A program made the position numbers and the translations under genes. Shown piece by piece: positions 19,218-27,623 of a stretch of DNA of 32,000 bases (position 1 is the stretch's first letter; each line of letters opens with the position of its first letter). Origin of the DNA: Rhodospirillales bacterium (GTDB taxonomy: Bacteria; Pseudomonadota; Alphaproteobacteria; Rhodospirillales; Casp-alpha2); contig JAVJRK010000017.1 in NCBI GenBank assembly GCA_040218445.1, forward strand, positions 272,724-304,723. Direction: 5' to 3'. The notes beneath the pieces were generated by a model. The model was not told the origin of the DNA, did no database searches, and saw only the letters and a list, made by a program, of their open reading frames with translations.

Positions 19218-21065
19218 TTAGGAGGCGAAATCCGCGCCTTGTTCCATCGCTGTAATTACCTGTAGCGCTTCGGGCGCAATTTCCTCTAATTGCATTTCTC
19301 TCGCAATTGCCAAGGCAGAGAAAGACACACCGAACTCTTTTTTTGACCATCCAGACAAGGTTGAAACGATGTCCTTGCCCGGACAGATGCTCATGACGCC
19401 AATTGAAGAGGCTTCTGCGCCTTTCACTATTTTGCGTGCTTTCTTGTTCGCATCAGCCGACCCTTGTCGGTCTCTAGCGCCTATCTCATTTGAAATTTGA
19501 TCAAACACATCGGTCTGCATTGCTTCGCAGATTTCCGAAATTTTTTTCTCAACAGCTGCGATATTGGGAAAAGTAGATTTGGTTCGCTGTTCGATGACTC
19601 GTGAGATTGCAGGTGCTGAAAGTACGTAATTCTCGATTTCTTTTCGGTTCCAAATATGTAGGTTCAATCCATTGCCACGTGCTTCTTTTTTGATTTTTTC
19701 GTTTTCTGCCTCCGGGCGGTAATCGGAGTCTAAGATGCAGTACGCTTTAATTGATTGATCGCCAGCGTTCTTTAGTCCAATCGCTGCACCAACCGCATGT
19801 TTCCAATTTCCAAACCCGTTGATTGATATATGTGGGATGGCGTTGAAGCTAGTTGGGCTATCCGGAAAAATCTTTTCATGAAGGGCCGTAAGAAAATCAA
19901 AATCGTCACCTTCTATAAAGACGCATTTCCGCGCTGACCAAAGGCGGGTGAGCTGCAGATTGTGAGCTCCGCCAATATTATCAATCACGCTTTGGACGGC
20001 TGGAATGTTCTCTGCAAATTTTGAGTCTGAACTATCTTTATCGACCACGAGAACGTCGTCCGGATTCACCTCTGCCAAAATCTCTGTTGAGTGGGTCGCG
20101 ACCAGAACTTGGGCAAAATAACCTTCCACAAGATGAAAGAGTCGGCGCTGGAGATCTGGGTGGAGATAGGCATCAGGCTCATCGAGCACCACGATCGATT
20201 GCCTTGCGCATCTCGCCAAAAACCAACAGGTCTGTAGCCATGCCTGAAGACCACTTCCTACCCATCCGACCTCAGCGACGAACGCGCCATCTCTAACCAA
20301 AAGATTCAATTGCGGCGGTGTGTGAGTTGTTCGGTCAATTGAGTCTATTCGAAGGTGCGGCCAGGATGACTCTGCGAGCGCGACAAAAGAATCGTAGAAA
20401 GTCGGGATAAATCCGTCCTCTTCTTCGTTGTCTTCATTTATCTGTATTCGGCTTTGATCTATGTTTCCGCCTAAATAATAAATTTGGTTTCTAAAATGCA
20501 GAGAGGATAAGCGCGTATTAATATTTGACCTGACGTAATCGGAGTTCCTTATCTCTTCCGATAGCCTCAGCCTCCCAATGGGAGGCAGAACATTGATTGT
20601 GTCTTGCAAAGCGTTTGAGGCTTGGGATGCTGTTAGAATCCGACTATTTCCTTTTCTCAATACGGCAAAAATATCTTCTGTTTCTGAATTGAGATAAATT
20701 TTTATTATTACTTTATTTGAGAATTTTGCAGTAATAATTGCTGGTGGTTCTCCGTACCTGTAGCAAAGGTTCCGGAATTCGAACTCTAATCCTCTAAGAG
20801 ATGGGGATATCCCATTGCGTGCAGATGGAGTTTTCAGCCAATCGGGCGGTGAAACGAAACGTGTCCTCGGCGCACGCAAGGCAACAATGGACACCAGCGT
20901 TAGTGCTTCGATGATTGTCGATTTTCCAGCGTTGTTACGTCCTACAATTACAGATGTTTGTCTCAGCGGGATTTTGTGCTTCACGAAACCCCGATAATTA
21001 TCAAGTTCCAGTTCAACAATCATCGGTAACTCGCTTCGTCTCGAAAAATCAAAATTGTCCGACAC
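19218..21065 (-). CDS. OLD-family / PARIS-like ABC-type ATPase fused to a Toprim (DUF4435-like) nuclease domain
   Basis: 615-aa ORF. Walker A GRNNAGKST, signature-like GSGLQAWLQ, Walker B IVVLDEPDAYLHP, H-loop VATHS. The C-terminal domain has VFIEGDDFDFL and ILDSDY...WNRKEIENYVL, a Toprim-type acidic motif arrangement. The region is much AT-richer than its flanks (sampled lines about 33-45 percent GC). Confidence 0.8.
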   Translation of the reverse strand: MSDNFDFSRRSELPMIVELELDNYRGFVKHKIPLRQTSVIVGRNNAGKSTIIEALTLVSIVALRAPRTRFVSPPDWLKTPSARNGISPSLRGLEFEFRNLCYRYGEPPAIITAKFSNKVIIKIYLNSETEDIFAVLRKGNSRILTASQASNALQDTINVLPPIGRLRLSEEIRNSDYVRSNINTRLSSLHFRNQIYYLGGNIDQSRIQINEDNEEEDGFIPTFYDSFVALAESSWPHLRIDSIDRTTHTPPQLNLLVRDGAFVAEVGWVGSGLQAWLQTCWFLARCARQSIVVLDEPDAYLHPDLQRRLFHLVEGYFAQVLVATHSTEILAEVNPDDVLVVDKDSSDSKFAENIPAVQSVIDNIGGAHNLQLTRLWSARKCVFIEGDDFDFLTALHEKIFPDSPTSFNAIPHISINGFGNWKHAVGAAIGLKNAGDQSIKAYCILDSDYRPEAENEKIKKEARGNGLNLHIWNRKEIENYVLSAPAISRVIEQRTKSTFPNIAAVEKKISEICEAMQTDVFDQISNEIGARDRQGSADANKKARKIVKGAEASSIGVMSICPGKDIVSTLSGWSKKEFGVSFSALAIAREMQLEEIAPEALQVITAMEQGADFAS

Positions 21066-21208
21066 AATTGAGTGGTCAAATCAAGCGAATGGCGGAATAT
21101 CCATGATTGCGCCTGACAATACGCTGCACTTATTACGCTATCACAAAGAATGGTCCCGCGTATACGCGACGTTTTCGCAATACGAACGCCTCGATAGTTC
21201 AATTCTTC

Positions 21209-21709
21209 ACGAGTGAATTTGCCAATCGAACAGACGTGGACCTGGACGACGGCGTGTGGCAGGCGAGGGCCGGCGACACGAAGTCGGGCGAGGAGAAGCT
21301 GGTGCCGCTGTCGAGACAGGCGGTGTCCCTGCTGCGGGGGCTGTCGGGGGAGGGCGACTACGTGTTCGGCGGTGAGACGCCATTTGTCACCCATAAGGTG
21401 AAGCATAATAAGCTCTACAAGGCAGCGGGCCGCGTGAAGGACGACTCCAGCCACCCGGACGGCGGTTGGACGCCGCACGACTTCCGGCGCACCCAGCGGA
21501 CGCGGCTCGCCCGTGTGTCCGGCGTGAAGAGCCACGTCGCCGACATGCTGGCCGGCCGCCGTGGCAACGAGCAACAGGGCGTGTCGGGCATCTACAATCA
21601 GCACGACTACCTGGAGGAGATGCGGCACGCCGCCCAGGCCTGGGCCGACTGGCTGGAGGTGGTCGTCAACGACGAAGAGACGGTGGTTCCGATGGAGGCG
21701 GCGCAGTGA
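21209..21709 (+). pseudogene. Tyrosine integrase, 5'-truncated (C-terminal catalytic half only; P4-like family)
   Basis: Integrase-like sequence begins about ...DVDLDDGVWQ..TKSGEEKLVPLSRQAV and includes HDFRRT (HxxR) and the terminal GIYNQHDYLEEMRHAAQAWADWL (catalytic Tyr region). The arm-binding and core-binding domains are absent. An abrupt GC shift at about 21200-21230 marks the junction with the nuclease cassette. The left coordinate is approximate. Confidence 0.8.
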
Positions 21710-22080
21710 CGAAGAAGACGGAAAAGCACACGCGGGTCCGGGCCCGCGTCGTCAAGCTGGACGACGACCTGCGCCAGCGGGGGATTGAGACGAACCTCTC
21801 GCGGGTGGCCGGGATGATGGACGACAACCCCAACGACGAGGTCGTCGCGGCGCTGGCGTCAACCACGACCGACACGTTGGAGGACCTGCACAGGCGCTAC
21901 GAGGATAAGCTGATCGGCATAGCGCGGGTCCAGGAGTTGGCGGGCATCAAGAAGTCGGAGGTGGACCGCCGAGTTCGCGCCGGAACCTTCCCCGCGCCGA
22001 AGGTCGCGGGGGACGGAAAGGACCGCAAGTGGTCCCACATAGAAGTAATGGCCTGGGTCACCGAACAGGCGCGGCGGTGA
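21706..22080 (+). CDS. AlpA-family (HTH_17) phage-type transcriptional regulator / excisionase-like protein
   Basis: GTG at 21706 overlaps the integrase stop (GTGA). The C-terminus IGIARVQELAGIKKSEVDRRVRAGTFPAPKVAGDGKDRKWSHIEVMAWV matches the AlpA pattern. Confidence 0.7.
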   Translation: MTKKTEKHTRVRARVVKLDDDLRQRGIETNLSRVAGMMDDNPNDEVVAALASTTTDTLEDLHRRYEDKLIGIARVQELAGIKKSEVDRRVRAGTFPAPKVAGDGKDRKWSHIEVMAWVTEQARR

Positions 22081-22297
22081 CAATTTGATCAGGTACGCTT
22101 AGACCTGAACCACTCCCAGTGCCATCTGACGTATTCATTGTCGAGATCGTGTTTGAGGGCAATCGTCTTGCCGTCAAGAGGGTCGCCAGGAACCTTCGAC
22201 TTGATCTTAAAACTACCTGCGCCTCGCTGCAGGCGAAGCATCCTTCTCGAACGCCTACTCTGACCACAGGACGGGCGACATTACGATTTGTTCCGAG

Positions 22298-22762
22298 GTG
22301 TTTGTGAAGCTATCAGCCGCCGGTAAGAAGGGTGCGTTGTCCGCGATAATGTATCACGAGCTGGGTCACACCCTCCTGAACCTCTGGGGGTTGCCGGGGT
22401 TTGACAACGAGGAGACGGTGGACGAGTTCGCCGTCGTGATGCTTTACCTGGACGGGAGGCAGGAGTACGCGCTCGAGTTCATGGAGTACTTCGAGAAAAA
22501 TAATCCGTGGATAGAGGCTAGGATGATCATCGAGCGCGGGGGGCGGCACCCAATCTCCTCCCAGCGCATCCGAAACGTGAGGCGGATACTCAGCAATCCG
22601 GGGCCAGTGATTGAGCGATGGAACCGGCTGTTGTACCCGCATATGACTGTCGCTGGTCTGGAGAACGTGCTGAAGACGGCGCCGCGATATGCCGACCGGG
22701 CATTGGCCGAAAAGTTGATCGCCGAGAAGTCTGCGCGTCGAGAACCACCGCCTCAAAATTAG
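22298..22762 (+). CDS. HExxH metallopeptidase-like protein (DUF4344-like), probably N-terminally truncated
   Basis: 154-aa ORF with a GTG start. It has YHELGH followed by a DNEETVDEFAV acidic motif, as I recall for DUF4344 putative metallopeptidases. It is shorter than I expect for that family. Confidence 0.55.
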   Translation: MFVKLSAAGKKGALSAIMYHELGHTLLNLWGLPGFDNEETVDEFAVVMLYLDGRQEYALEFMEYFEKNNPWIEARMIIERGGRHPISSQRIRNVRRILSNPGPVIERWNRLLYPHMTVAGLENVLKTAPRYADRALAEKLIAEKSARREPPPQN

Positions 22763-22817
22763 GTCAAGGACCTGTACTAGGACCTGGGCGGTTTGTTCTC
22801 CTGGGCCCAGAAAGTAA

Positions 22818-22853
22818 AAGCCCCTTAACTCGTTGAGTTAAGGGGCTTCTTTT
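22818..22853. terminator. Strong hairpin adjacent to direct repeat B
   Basis: AAGCCCCTTAACTC-gtt-GAGTTAAGGGGCTT 14-bp perfect stem. CTTTT follows on the plus strand, and on the minus strand it sits right after the tRNA-fragment 3' end. Confidence 0.7.
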
Positions 22854-22898
22854 GGTCGGAGTGAGAGGATTCGAACCTCCGACCCCCGCCTCCCGAAG
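22853..22898 (-). repeat. Direct repeat B: 46-nt exact copy of the tRNA-Pro 3' half (junction between the two islands)
   Basis: tggtcggagtgagaggattcgaacctccgacccccgcctcccgaag is identical to 31770..31815. The sequences diverge after that point. Confidence 0.95.
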
Positions 22899-22920
22899 GC
22901 GTGAACAAGCCATTTTCCCT

Positions 22921-23047
22921 TGCTTACACGAACTTTCTTTCTCTTACTAACACATTGCAAAATCGTCATAAATGCCTTACTTTTGAGGCGGTGGTTAAGC
23001 GCGAATTTACCCTGATTTACTCTTATTTGCTTACATCGTGCTTACAT
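22921..23047 (+). promoter_or_regulatory. Putative integrase arm-type binding sites, left arm (TGCTTACAY repeats)
   Basis: TGCTTACAC at 22921-22929; TGCTTACAT at 23028-23036 and 23039-23047 (11-bp phasing). Weaker TTAC-containing copies lie between. The same 9-mer pair recurs at the other end of the element (31703-31722). Confidence 0.6.
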
Positions 23048-23106
23048 GGGAATGGCCCCTTACCCCTGCTTTACGCGAACAGGGGTCAGAATTTGGAGGC
23101 GATGCA

Positions 23107-24402
23107 ATGCCGAAAATCTCAAAAAGCACCGTGGATTCCACGCATCCGAAAGGCGCTCAATTCTTCGTTTGGGACGACGTGTTGAAGGGATTCGGCCTTC
23201 GCGTCACACCGGCGGGCGTGAAAAGTTTCGTCTTCCAATACAGAACGCCGGAAGGGCGGACACGCCGGGCCACGATTGCCAAGGTCGGCACCGTCACACC
23301 GGCAAAAGCCCGCGAACTTGCCGAGGATATGGCCGCAACCGTCAAGCATGGCGGCGACCCGCTAGGCGACAAATCCGCCGCGCGTAATTCGATCACCGTT
23401 GCAGAACTGTTGGACGCTTATTTGAAGTCCGCCGCGTTCGCCGCGAAAGCGGAAAGCACGCGGGCGACCGACAAGGGCCGGATTGAACGGCACCTTCGCC
23501 CGCTTCTGGGGAAGATGTATGCACATAAACTCGGAAGCGACGACGTGCAGCGCGCCTTCAATCAGATCGTCGCCGGCAAGACGGCGGGCCACATCAAAAC
23601 CGGCAAACGCGGCCTTGCCCGAGTGACGGGGGGGCATGGGGCGGCCCGTGCTTCGGTGAGGCTTTTGCGGGCGATTTATAATTGGGCGGCAGACGCGATG
23701 GCGCTCAAGGTTGATAACCCCTGCGCCAAGATAAAGATGGGGCGCGACGGCGAGCGCGATGTGATTTTGGATTCGCCCGAACAGTACGAGCGCCTGTTCC
23801 GTACCCTTGAAAAAATGGAAGCCGAGAAACGCATCCGCGCCCCCGTAGCGGATGCAATCCGCCTGATCGCCATGACAGGCGCGCGCCGTTCCGAAGTTAT
23901 CGGCCTACGTTGGAAACACGTTGACCTGAAAGGCGGGCGGATCGTTCTTCCCGCGACTTCACACAAGGCGGGCCACAAAACCGGCAAGGCCCGAATCATT
24001 CCGTTGGCGACGGCGGCGCAAGCGATCATTTCCCGCCAGCCGGAAGGCAAGCCGGACGATTTGGTTTTCCGCCCGGCGCGTGGCGACAAGCCGATGCACA
24101 TTAATAAGCCGTGGCGTGACGTTCGCGCCGAAGCCGACTTGCCGGAAGGGATCGGCCTTCACGGCCTCCGGCATTCCGTCGCGTCGCTGATGGCGATGGC
24201 CGGTGCTGGGGCAAGTGAGATTCAGGCAGTCACGGGCCATCGTGATCTTAGGATGGTGCAACGCTACGTTCACTTCGCCGACAACGCCCGCGCCGCGCTG
24301 GCCGAACGTGCCGCCGCGCCGGCTTTGGCAGGCTTGGCTGCTGCGGCTGGCGAACAGGGCGGCGAAGTGGTGACGCTGGCGGATAAGAAGGGGCGGGGAT
24401 AA
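23107..24402 (+). CDS. int: Tyrosine-type site-specific integrase with N-terminal arm-binding (DUF4102-like) domain
   Basis: Start at MPKISKS (ATG 23107, GGAGG RBS). N-terminus FVWDDVLKGFGLRVTPAGVKSFVFQYR. Catalytic residues in TGARRSEVIGLRW, HGLRHSVAS, GHRDLRMVQRYVH. Confidence 0.93.
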   Translation: MPKISKSTVDSTHPKGAQFFVWDDVLKGFGLRVTPAGVKSFVFQYRTPEGRTRRATIAKVGTVTPAKARELAEDMAATVKHGGDPLGDKSAARNSITVAELLDAYLKSAAFAAKAESTRATDKGRIERHLRPLLGKMYAHKLGSDDVQRAFNQIVAGKTAGHIKTGKRGLARVTGGHGAARASVRLLRAIYNWAADAMALKVDNPCAKIKMGRDGERDVILDSPEQYERLFRTLEKMEAEKRIRAPVADAIRLIAMTGARRSEVIGLRWKHVDLKGGRIVLPATSHKAGHKTGKARIIPLATAAQAIISRQPEGKPDDLVFRPARGDKPMHINKPWRDVRAEADLPEGIGLHGLRHSVASLMAMAGAGASEIQAVTGHRDLRMVQRYVHFADNARAALAERAAAPALAGLAAAAGEQGGEVVTLADKKGRG

Positions 24403-24875
24403 TGGCGCGGGACATTATCAATAACTTGAACTGGCTATCATATCTTCCGCGCTTAGTCCGCATCGAAAAGACGGCGCGATGGATATTGGAACAGCCCGAC
24501 GACTCGCGCCATGAAATTGCCAGAGAAATTCTCAAAACCGCCGCGCAAGTTCGTCGCGATCACAAACACGGCTGGGACACTTCGAATTTTGTAGATACCC
24601 TCAATCAACTTTGCGGCCGGGCGGATGCAGAGATTTTCGCGCCGTATGTTAAGGAATCCGCCAAGCGCCGCGAGCGGTTCCGCGATCAAGTTGCGGAACC
24701 TCGCAACAAGCAAGCACGCGCCGAAGGAAACGCACGACGCGCTGAATGGCAAAGCGCCGCCGATGAAATTTGGTCACGCCATCCTGAGTGGACTGCCTCC
24801 GACGTGGCACGCCGGATTGCCAAGGATCGTGGCGGCGACTGGAACACAATCCGCCGCAGGATCGCCCGCAAGTAA
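24402..24875 (+). CDS. Hypothetical protein, translationally coupled to int (TAATG overlap)
   Basis: 157-aa ORF with coding-like codon usage. The C-terminal basic segment (WTASDVARRIAKDRGGDWNTIRRRIARK) could be a small HTH. I recognise no family. Confidence 0.55.
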   Translation: MARDIINNLNWLSYLPRLVRIEKTARWILEQPDDSRHEIAREILKTAAQVRRDHKHGWDTSNFVDTLNQLCGRADAEIFAPYVKESAKRRERFRDQVAEPRNKQARAEGNARRAEWQSAADEIWSRHPEWTASDVARRIAKDRGGDWNTIRRRIARK

Positions 24876-24956
24876 ATAGTTGTCACGGCCTTCTAAGCCG
24901 TGACAGCCGATACCGCTTACCTTTCGAACCTAGACGCAACTCGAAAGGTAATAGCG

Positions 24957-25181
24957 ATGACACCGGAATATTTCACGCGAGCCGAAGCCGCCGAATACCT
25001 TACATCGCGCGGTCTGCCCGTATCCAAATGCACCCTTCAAAAATGGGCGACGGTCGGCGGCGGTCCCGTCTATCGGATTTTCGGTATCCGCGCGCTCTAC
25101 ACGCCCGCCGACTTGGACGATTGGGCCGAAGAAAAGCTGAGCGCCCCGCGCCGGTCGACTTCCGAAACGGTCGCCGCGTGA
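24957..25181 (+). CDS. Excisionase/MerR-type helix-turn-helix DNA-binding protein (HTH_17-like)
   Basis: Start at ATG 24957 inside track ORF 24900..25181. FTRAEAAEYLTSRGLPVSKCTLQKWATVGGGPVYRIFGIRALYTPADLDDWA matches the excisionase-family pattern. Confidence 0.75.
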   Translation: MTPEYFTRAEAAEYLTSRGLPVSKCTLQKWATVGGGPVYRIFGIRALYTPADLDDWAEEKLSAPRRSTSETVAA

Positions 25182-25309
25182 TGACGCCCGCGACTTTGAA
25201 CGAGGCCCTTCGCCAAGCGCAGCTTCGCGTCCGCGCCGCCCGCGCCGAACTGCGTGCTGCCGAAGTCGAACTGCGCCGCGTGCGGCGCGAACACAGAGAG
25301 GTGGCATGA
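25181..25309 (+). CDS. Small Arg/Ala-rich helical protein (42 aa), hypothetical
   Basis: ATG at 25181 overlaps the upstream stop (TGATG), and its own stop overlaps the next ATG (ATGA). MTPATLNEALRQAQLRVRAARAELRAAEVELRRVRREHREVA. Supported mainly by the coupling pattern. Confidence 0.4.
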   Translation: MTPATLNEALRQAQLRVRAARAELRAAEVELRRVRREHREVA

Positions 25310-25617
25310 TGCGCCCCGAACTCCAAACCATCGCCGCGAAACGCGCTGACGGCATTGCTACGGCGGCGGGATCGGCACGCCGCATGCTGGCGCTGATCGA
25401 ACACCTGGTCGCGGCCTCACAATGCCCGTTGGAGCGGCGGGCGTTGCGACTCCAAGCCGTGGCCATCCGGCGGAACTTGATCGCGATCATGAAAGCGCCG
25501 TCACCGTTCGCGCGACCCGTGACCATCCCGGACGACGTGACCATGACGCCGCCCGTGGACGGGTCGCGCGTTCCGCGCCGTGTCGCCGTGCAACCGATTA
25601 GCCGAGGAGCACCTTGA
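25306..25617 (+). CDS. Hypothetical protein (103 aa)
   Basis: ATGA overlap with the upstream ORF and high third-position GC. No recognisable motif. Confidence 0.55.
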   Translation: MMRPELQTIAAKRADGIATAAGSARRMLALIEHLVAASQCPLERRALRLQAVAIRRNLIAIMKAPSPFARPVTIPDDVTMTPPVDGSRVPRRVAVQPISRGAP

Positions 25618-26099
25618 CGATGGATATGCACCAAACAGAAACCGCCGCGCCCGGGCAGGGACACGGCGGCGGGGTAACTGGAAAATCGAGCGTTTCCAAT
25701 CATACCCCAAAAACCCCGAATTTTCAACTTCTCGACGCCGCCTTGTCCGAGATTGACGCGGCGCGCGGGCGCGATGCGACGAAGGCCGACGCGGCTTACC
25801 ACAAGCGAGTGGCGGACGACCTTTCGAACTGGCTGGCCGACGATCTTCTGCAAGCCCGCCGTCGCATCCCTAACGAACCGAAAGGCCGGCGCGTGCCGCC
25901 GACGATGGGCGACTTGCGAGGCATGGTGGACGTGCAGCGCCGCCTAGCTGCGGCGCGAACGGAGGCGGAATTATGGGACGCGGCCACATGGGCGGCGCTC
26001 AATACCAACGATCCGAAATGGGAACGGCTTGTGATGGAACTGTCCCGCGCCGAAAGCCATGTCGCGGAACTTGAACGAGAGGCGCAACCGTGGAAATGA
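25614..26099 (+). CDS. Hypothetical protein (about 160 aa)
   Basis: The track start is TTG 25614; ATG 25620, 3 nt after the upstream stop, is an alternative. Coding-like codon usage. No recognisable motif. Confidence 0.55.
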   Translation: MTMDMHQTETAAPGQGHGGGVTGKSSVSNHTPKTPNFQLLDAALSEIDAARGRDATKADAAYHKRVADDLSNWLADDLLQARRRIPNEPKGRRVPPTMGDLRGMVDVQRRLAAARTEAELWDAATWAALNTNDPKWERLVMELSRAESHVAELEREAQPWK

Positions 26100-27616
26100 A
26101 TAATCAATCAACGCTACGCGCCGCCGGGTATCGAGGCCCGACCGTTGCGCCGACAATCCCCGTAGCCATCGGGCCGGGGCGGACTGCCGAGGCGGTCGAG
26201 TCCGTACTAGCGACATTGCGCGAGCGGCCCGACGTGTTCGACCTGGGCGGCGCTATCGTGCATATCCACAATGGCGCAACGGTGCCGCTCGACCGTCACG
26301 CGCTGGCGCATTTTCTCGGAAGCGCTGTGCGTTTCGTGCGCTTCAAACAGGATGGCACCGCGAGCGCCGACGACCCGCCGCAACGCCTCGTTGACCAGCT
26401 ACTATCGCTGGGCGCGGTGCGCGGGCTCAAGCCGTTGGACGCGGTGACGACCATTCCGACCCTTCGACCCGACGGGAGCGTTTTGGACTCGCCCGGATAC
26501 GATGCGGCATCCCGGTTGCTCTACGTGGGCGACGGCGAGTCGAGCGTGCCGGAACGTCCATCGGCGGACGAAGTGCGGTCGGCTTATGAGACGGCACTAT
26601 TTCCGTTCCGCGAATTTCCCTTCGTGGGGCCGGTCGATTGGGCCGTGATGCTTTCCGCGATCCTGACCGCCGTTATCCGACCCGCACTCCCGACGGCGCC
26701 GGCCTTCGCCTTCGACGCGCCGTCGGTTGGAAGCGGCAAGACGTTGCAGGCGTCATGTGTCGCGGCGATAGCGAGCGGCGAACGTCCCGAACCGTGGCCC
26801 CCGGTTGCGGCGCGCGACGATGAGGAAATAAGAAAGCGCCTGTTCGCCGCGCTTCGCACCGGGGCGCGTGCAATCGTATGGGACAACCTCGCCGGCACCC
26901 TCGACTCCCCGAGCCTCGCCGCGTTCCTGACCGGGCCGACGTTCCGCGACCGCATCCTCGGAAAATCGGAAAGCCTGGCCCTTCCAAACCGAGCGGTATT
27001 CCTGCTGACCGGCAACAACGTGAGCCTCGCGGGTGACATGCCGCGGCGTGTCCTTACGTGTCGCATCGATCCAAAATGCGAGCGCCCGTTCGCCCGGCAA
27101 TTCGACCTCGACCCCTTGGCGCACGTCATGGCGCATCGCGTCGATATAGCCACAGCGGCGCTGGCCATTGTGCGCGGTTGGCTTACCAGCGGTGCGGCAC
27201 CGCGCCCCGGCCGCGTGGCCAGCTTTGAAGCATGGGACTCGTTCGTGCGCCAGCCGGTCGCGTGGATCATGGGCGTTGACCCGCTCGACGCGATCAACAC
27301 GGGCGCGGAAGCGGATCCAGAACGGGAAGCCCTGGGCGATCTTTTGGAAGCGTTGCGGATGTGTTTCGGGGATGCGGGGTTTACCGCCGCCGACGTGGCC
27401 GACGCTATCCGCAAAGGCGCGGGACCGTTCGGTGACGAAGCGCAACGGGCCGTCGCCGCCGCCGTGGCCGACGTGGCCGGGCGTAACGATCCGAGCGCCA
27501 AGAGCATCGGGCGCATCCTTAATTTCCGACGTGGGCGGATCGTCAACGGCATGAAGCTGGAATGCGAGCCGACGCGCGACGGAAAGCGTTGGTTTGCGAC
27601 TTTGGAGAGGGTTTAG
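26096..27616 (+). CDS. SF3-like P-loop NTPase / putative replicative helicase of the element
   Basis: ATG 26096 overlaps the upstream stop (ATGA); the track start is GTG 26090. Walker A FDAPSVGSGKT, Walker B-like RAIVWDNLAG, and a motif-C-like VFLLTGNNVSL with conserved Asn. No obvious primase motifs. Confidence 0.65.
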   Translation: MNNQSTLRAAGYRGPTVAPTIPVAIGPGRTAEAVESVLATLRERPDVFDLGGAIVHIHNGATVPLDRHALAHFLGSAVRFVRFKQDGTASADDPPQRLVDQLLSLGAVRGLKPLDAVTTIPTLRPDGSVLDSPGYDAASRLLYVGDGESSVPERPSADEVRSAYETALFPFREFPFVGPVDWAVMLSAILTAVIRPALPTAPAFAFDAPSVGSGKTLQASCVAAIASGERPEPWPPVAARDDEEIRKRLFAALRTGARAIVWDNLAGTLDSPSLAAFLTGPTFRDRILGKSESLALPNRAVFLLTGNNVSLAGDMPRRVLTCRIDPKCERPFARQFDLDPLAHVMAHRVDIATAALAIVRGWLTSGAAPRPGRVASFEAWDSFVRQPVAWIMGVDPLDAINTGAEADPEREALGDLLEALRMCFGDAGFTAADVADAIRKGAGPFGDEAQRAVAAAVADVAGRNDPSAKSIGRILNFRRGRIVNGMKLECEPTRDGKRWFATLERV

Positions 27617-27623
27617 AAAAATG

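Larger units (their letters stand above)
18966..22898. mobile_element. Decayed integrative element (island 2) bounded by tRNA-Pro 3'-half repeats A and B
   Basis: Flanking 45/46-nt direct repeats, a truncated tyrosine integrase, an AlpA-like HTH gene, a peptidase fragment and an AT-rich nuclease cassette. Confidence 0.8.

Noticed and set aside
19077-19265. 62-aa plus-strand ORF and the 14-bp palindrome GGTTCAATTGAACC (19106-19119) between repeat A and the nuclease gene
   Set aside because: The ORF has no RBS or motif and overlaps the 3' end of the nuclease gene. The palindrome is real, but a single isolated copy gives no basis for a functional call.
19218-21065. Possibility that the OLD-like gene is part of a Gabija (GajA/GajB) or two-gene PARIS system
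   Set aside because: There is no UvrD-like helicase or separate DUF4435 gene on either side. The flanks are a 200-bp non-coding stretch and an integrase remnant. I therefore call it a stand-alone fused protein; the family assignment still needs profile searches.
22119-22307. 62-aa ORF upstream of the peptidase fragment as an independent gene
   Set aside because: It has no motif and a weak context. It is more likely the out-of-frame N-terminal remnant of the peptidase gene, as discussed in a low-interest finding.
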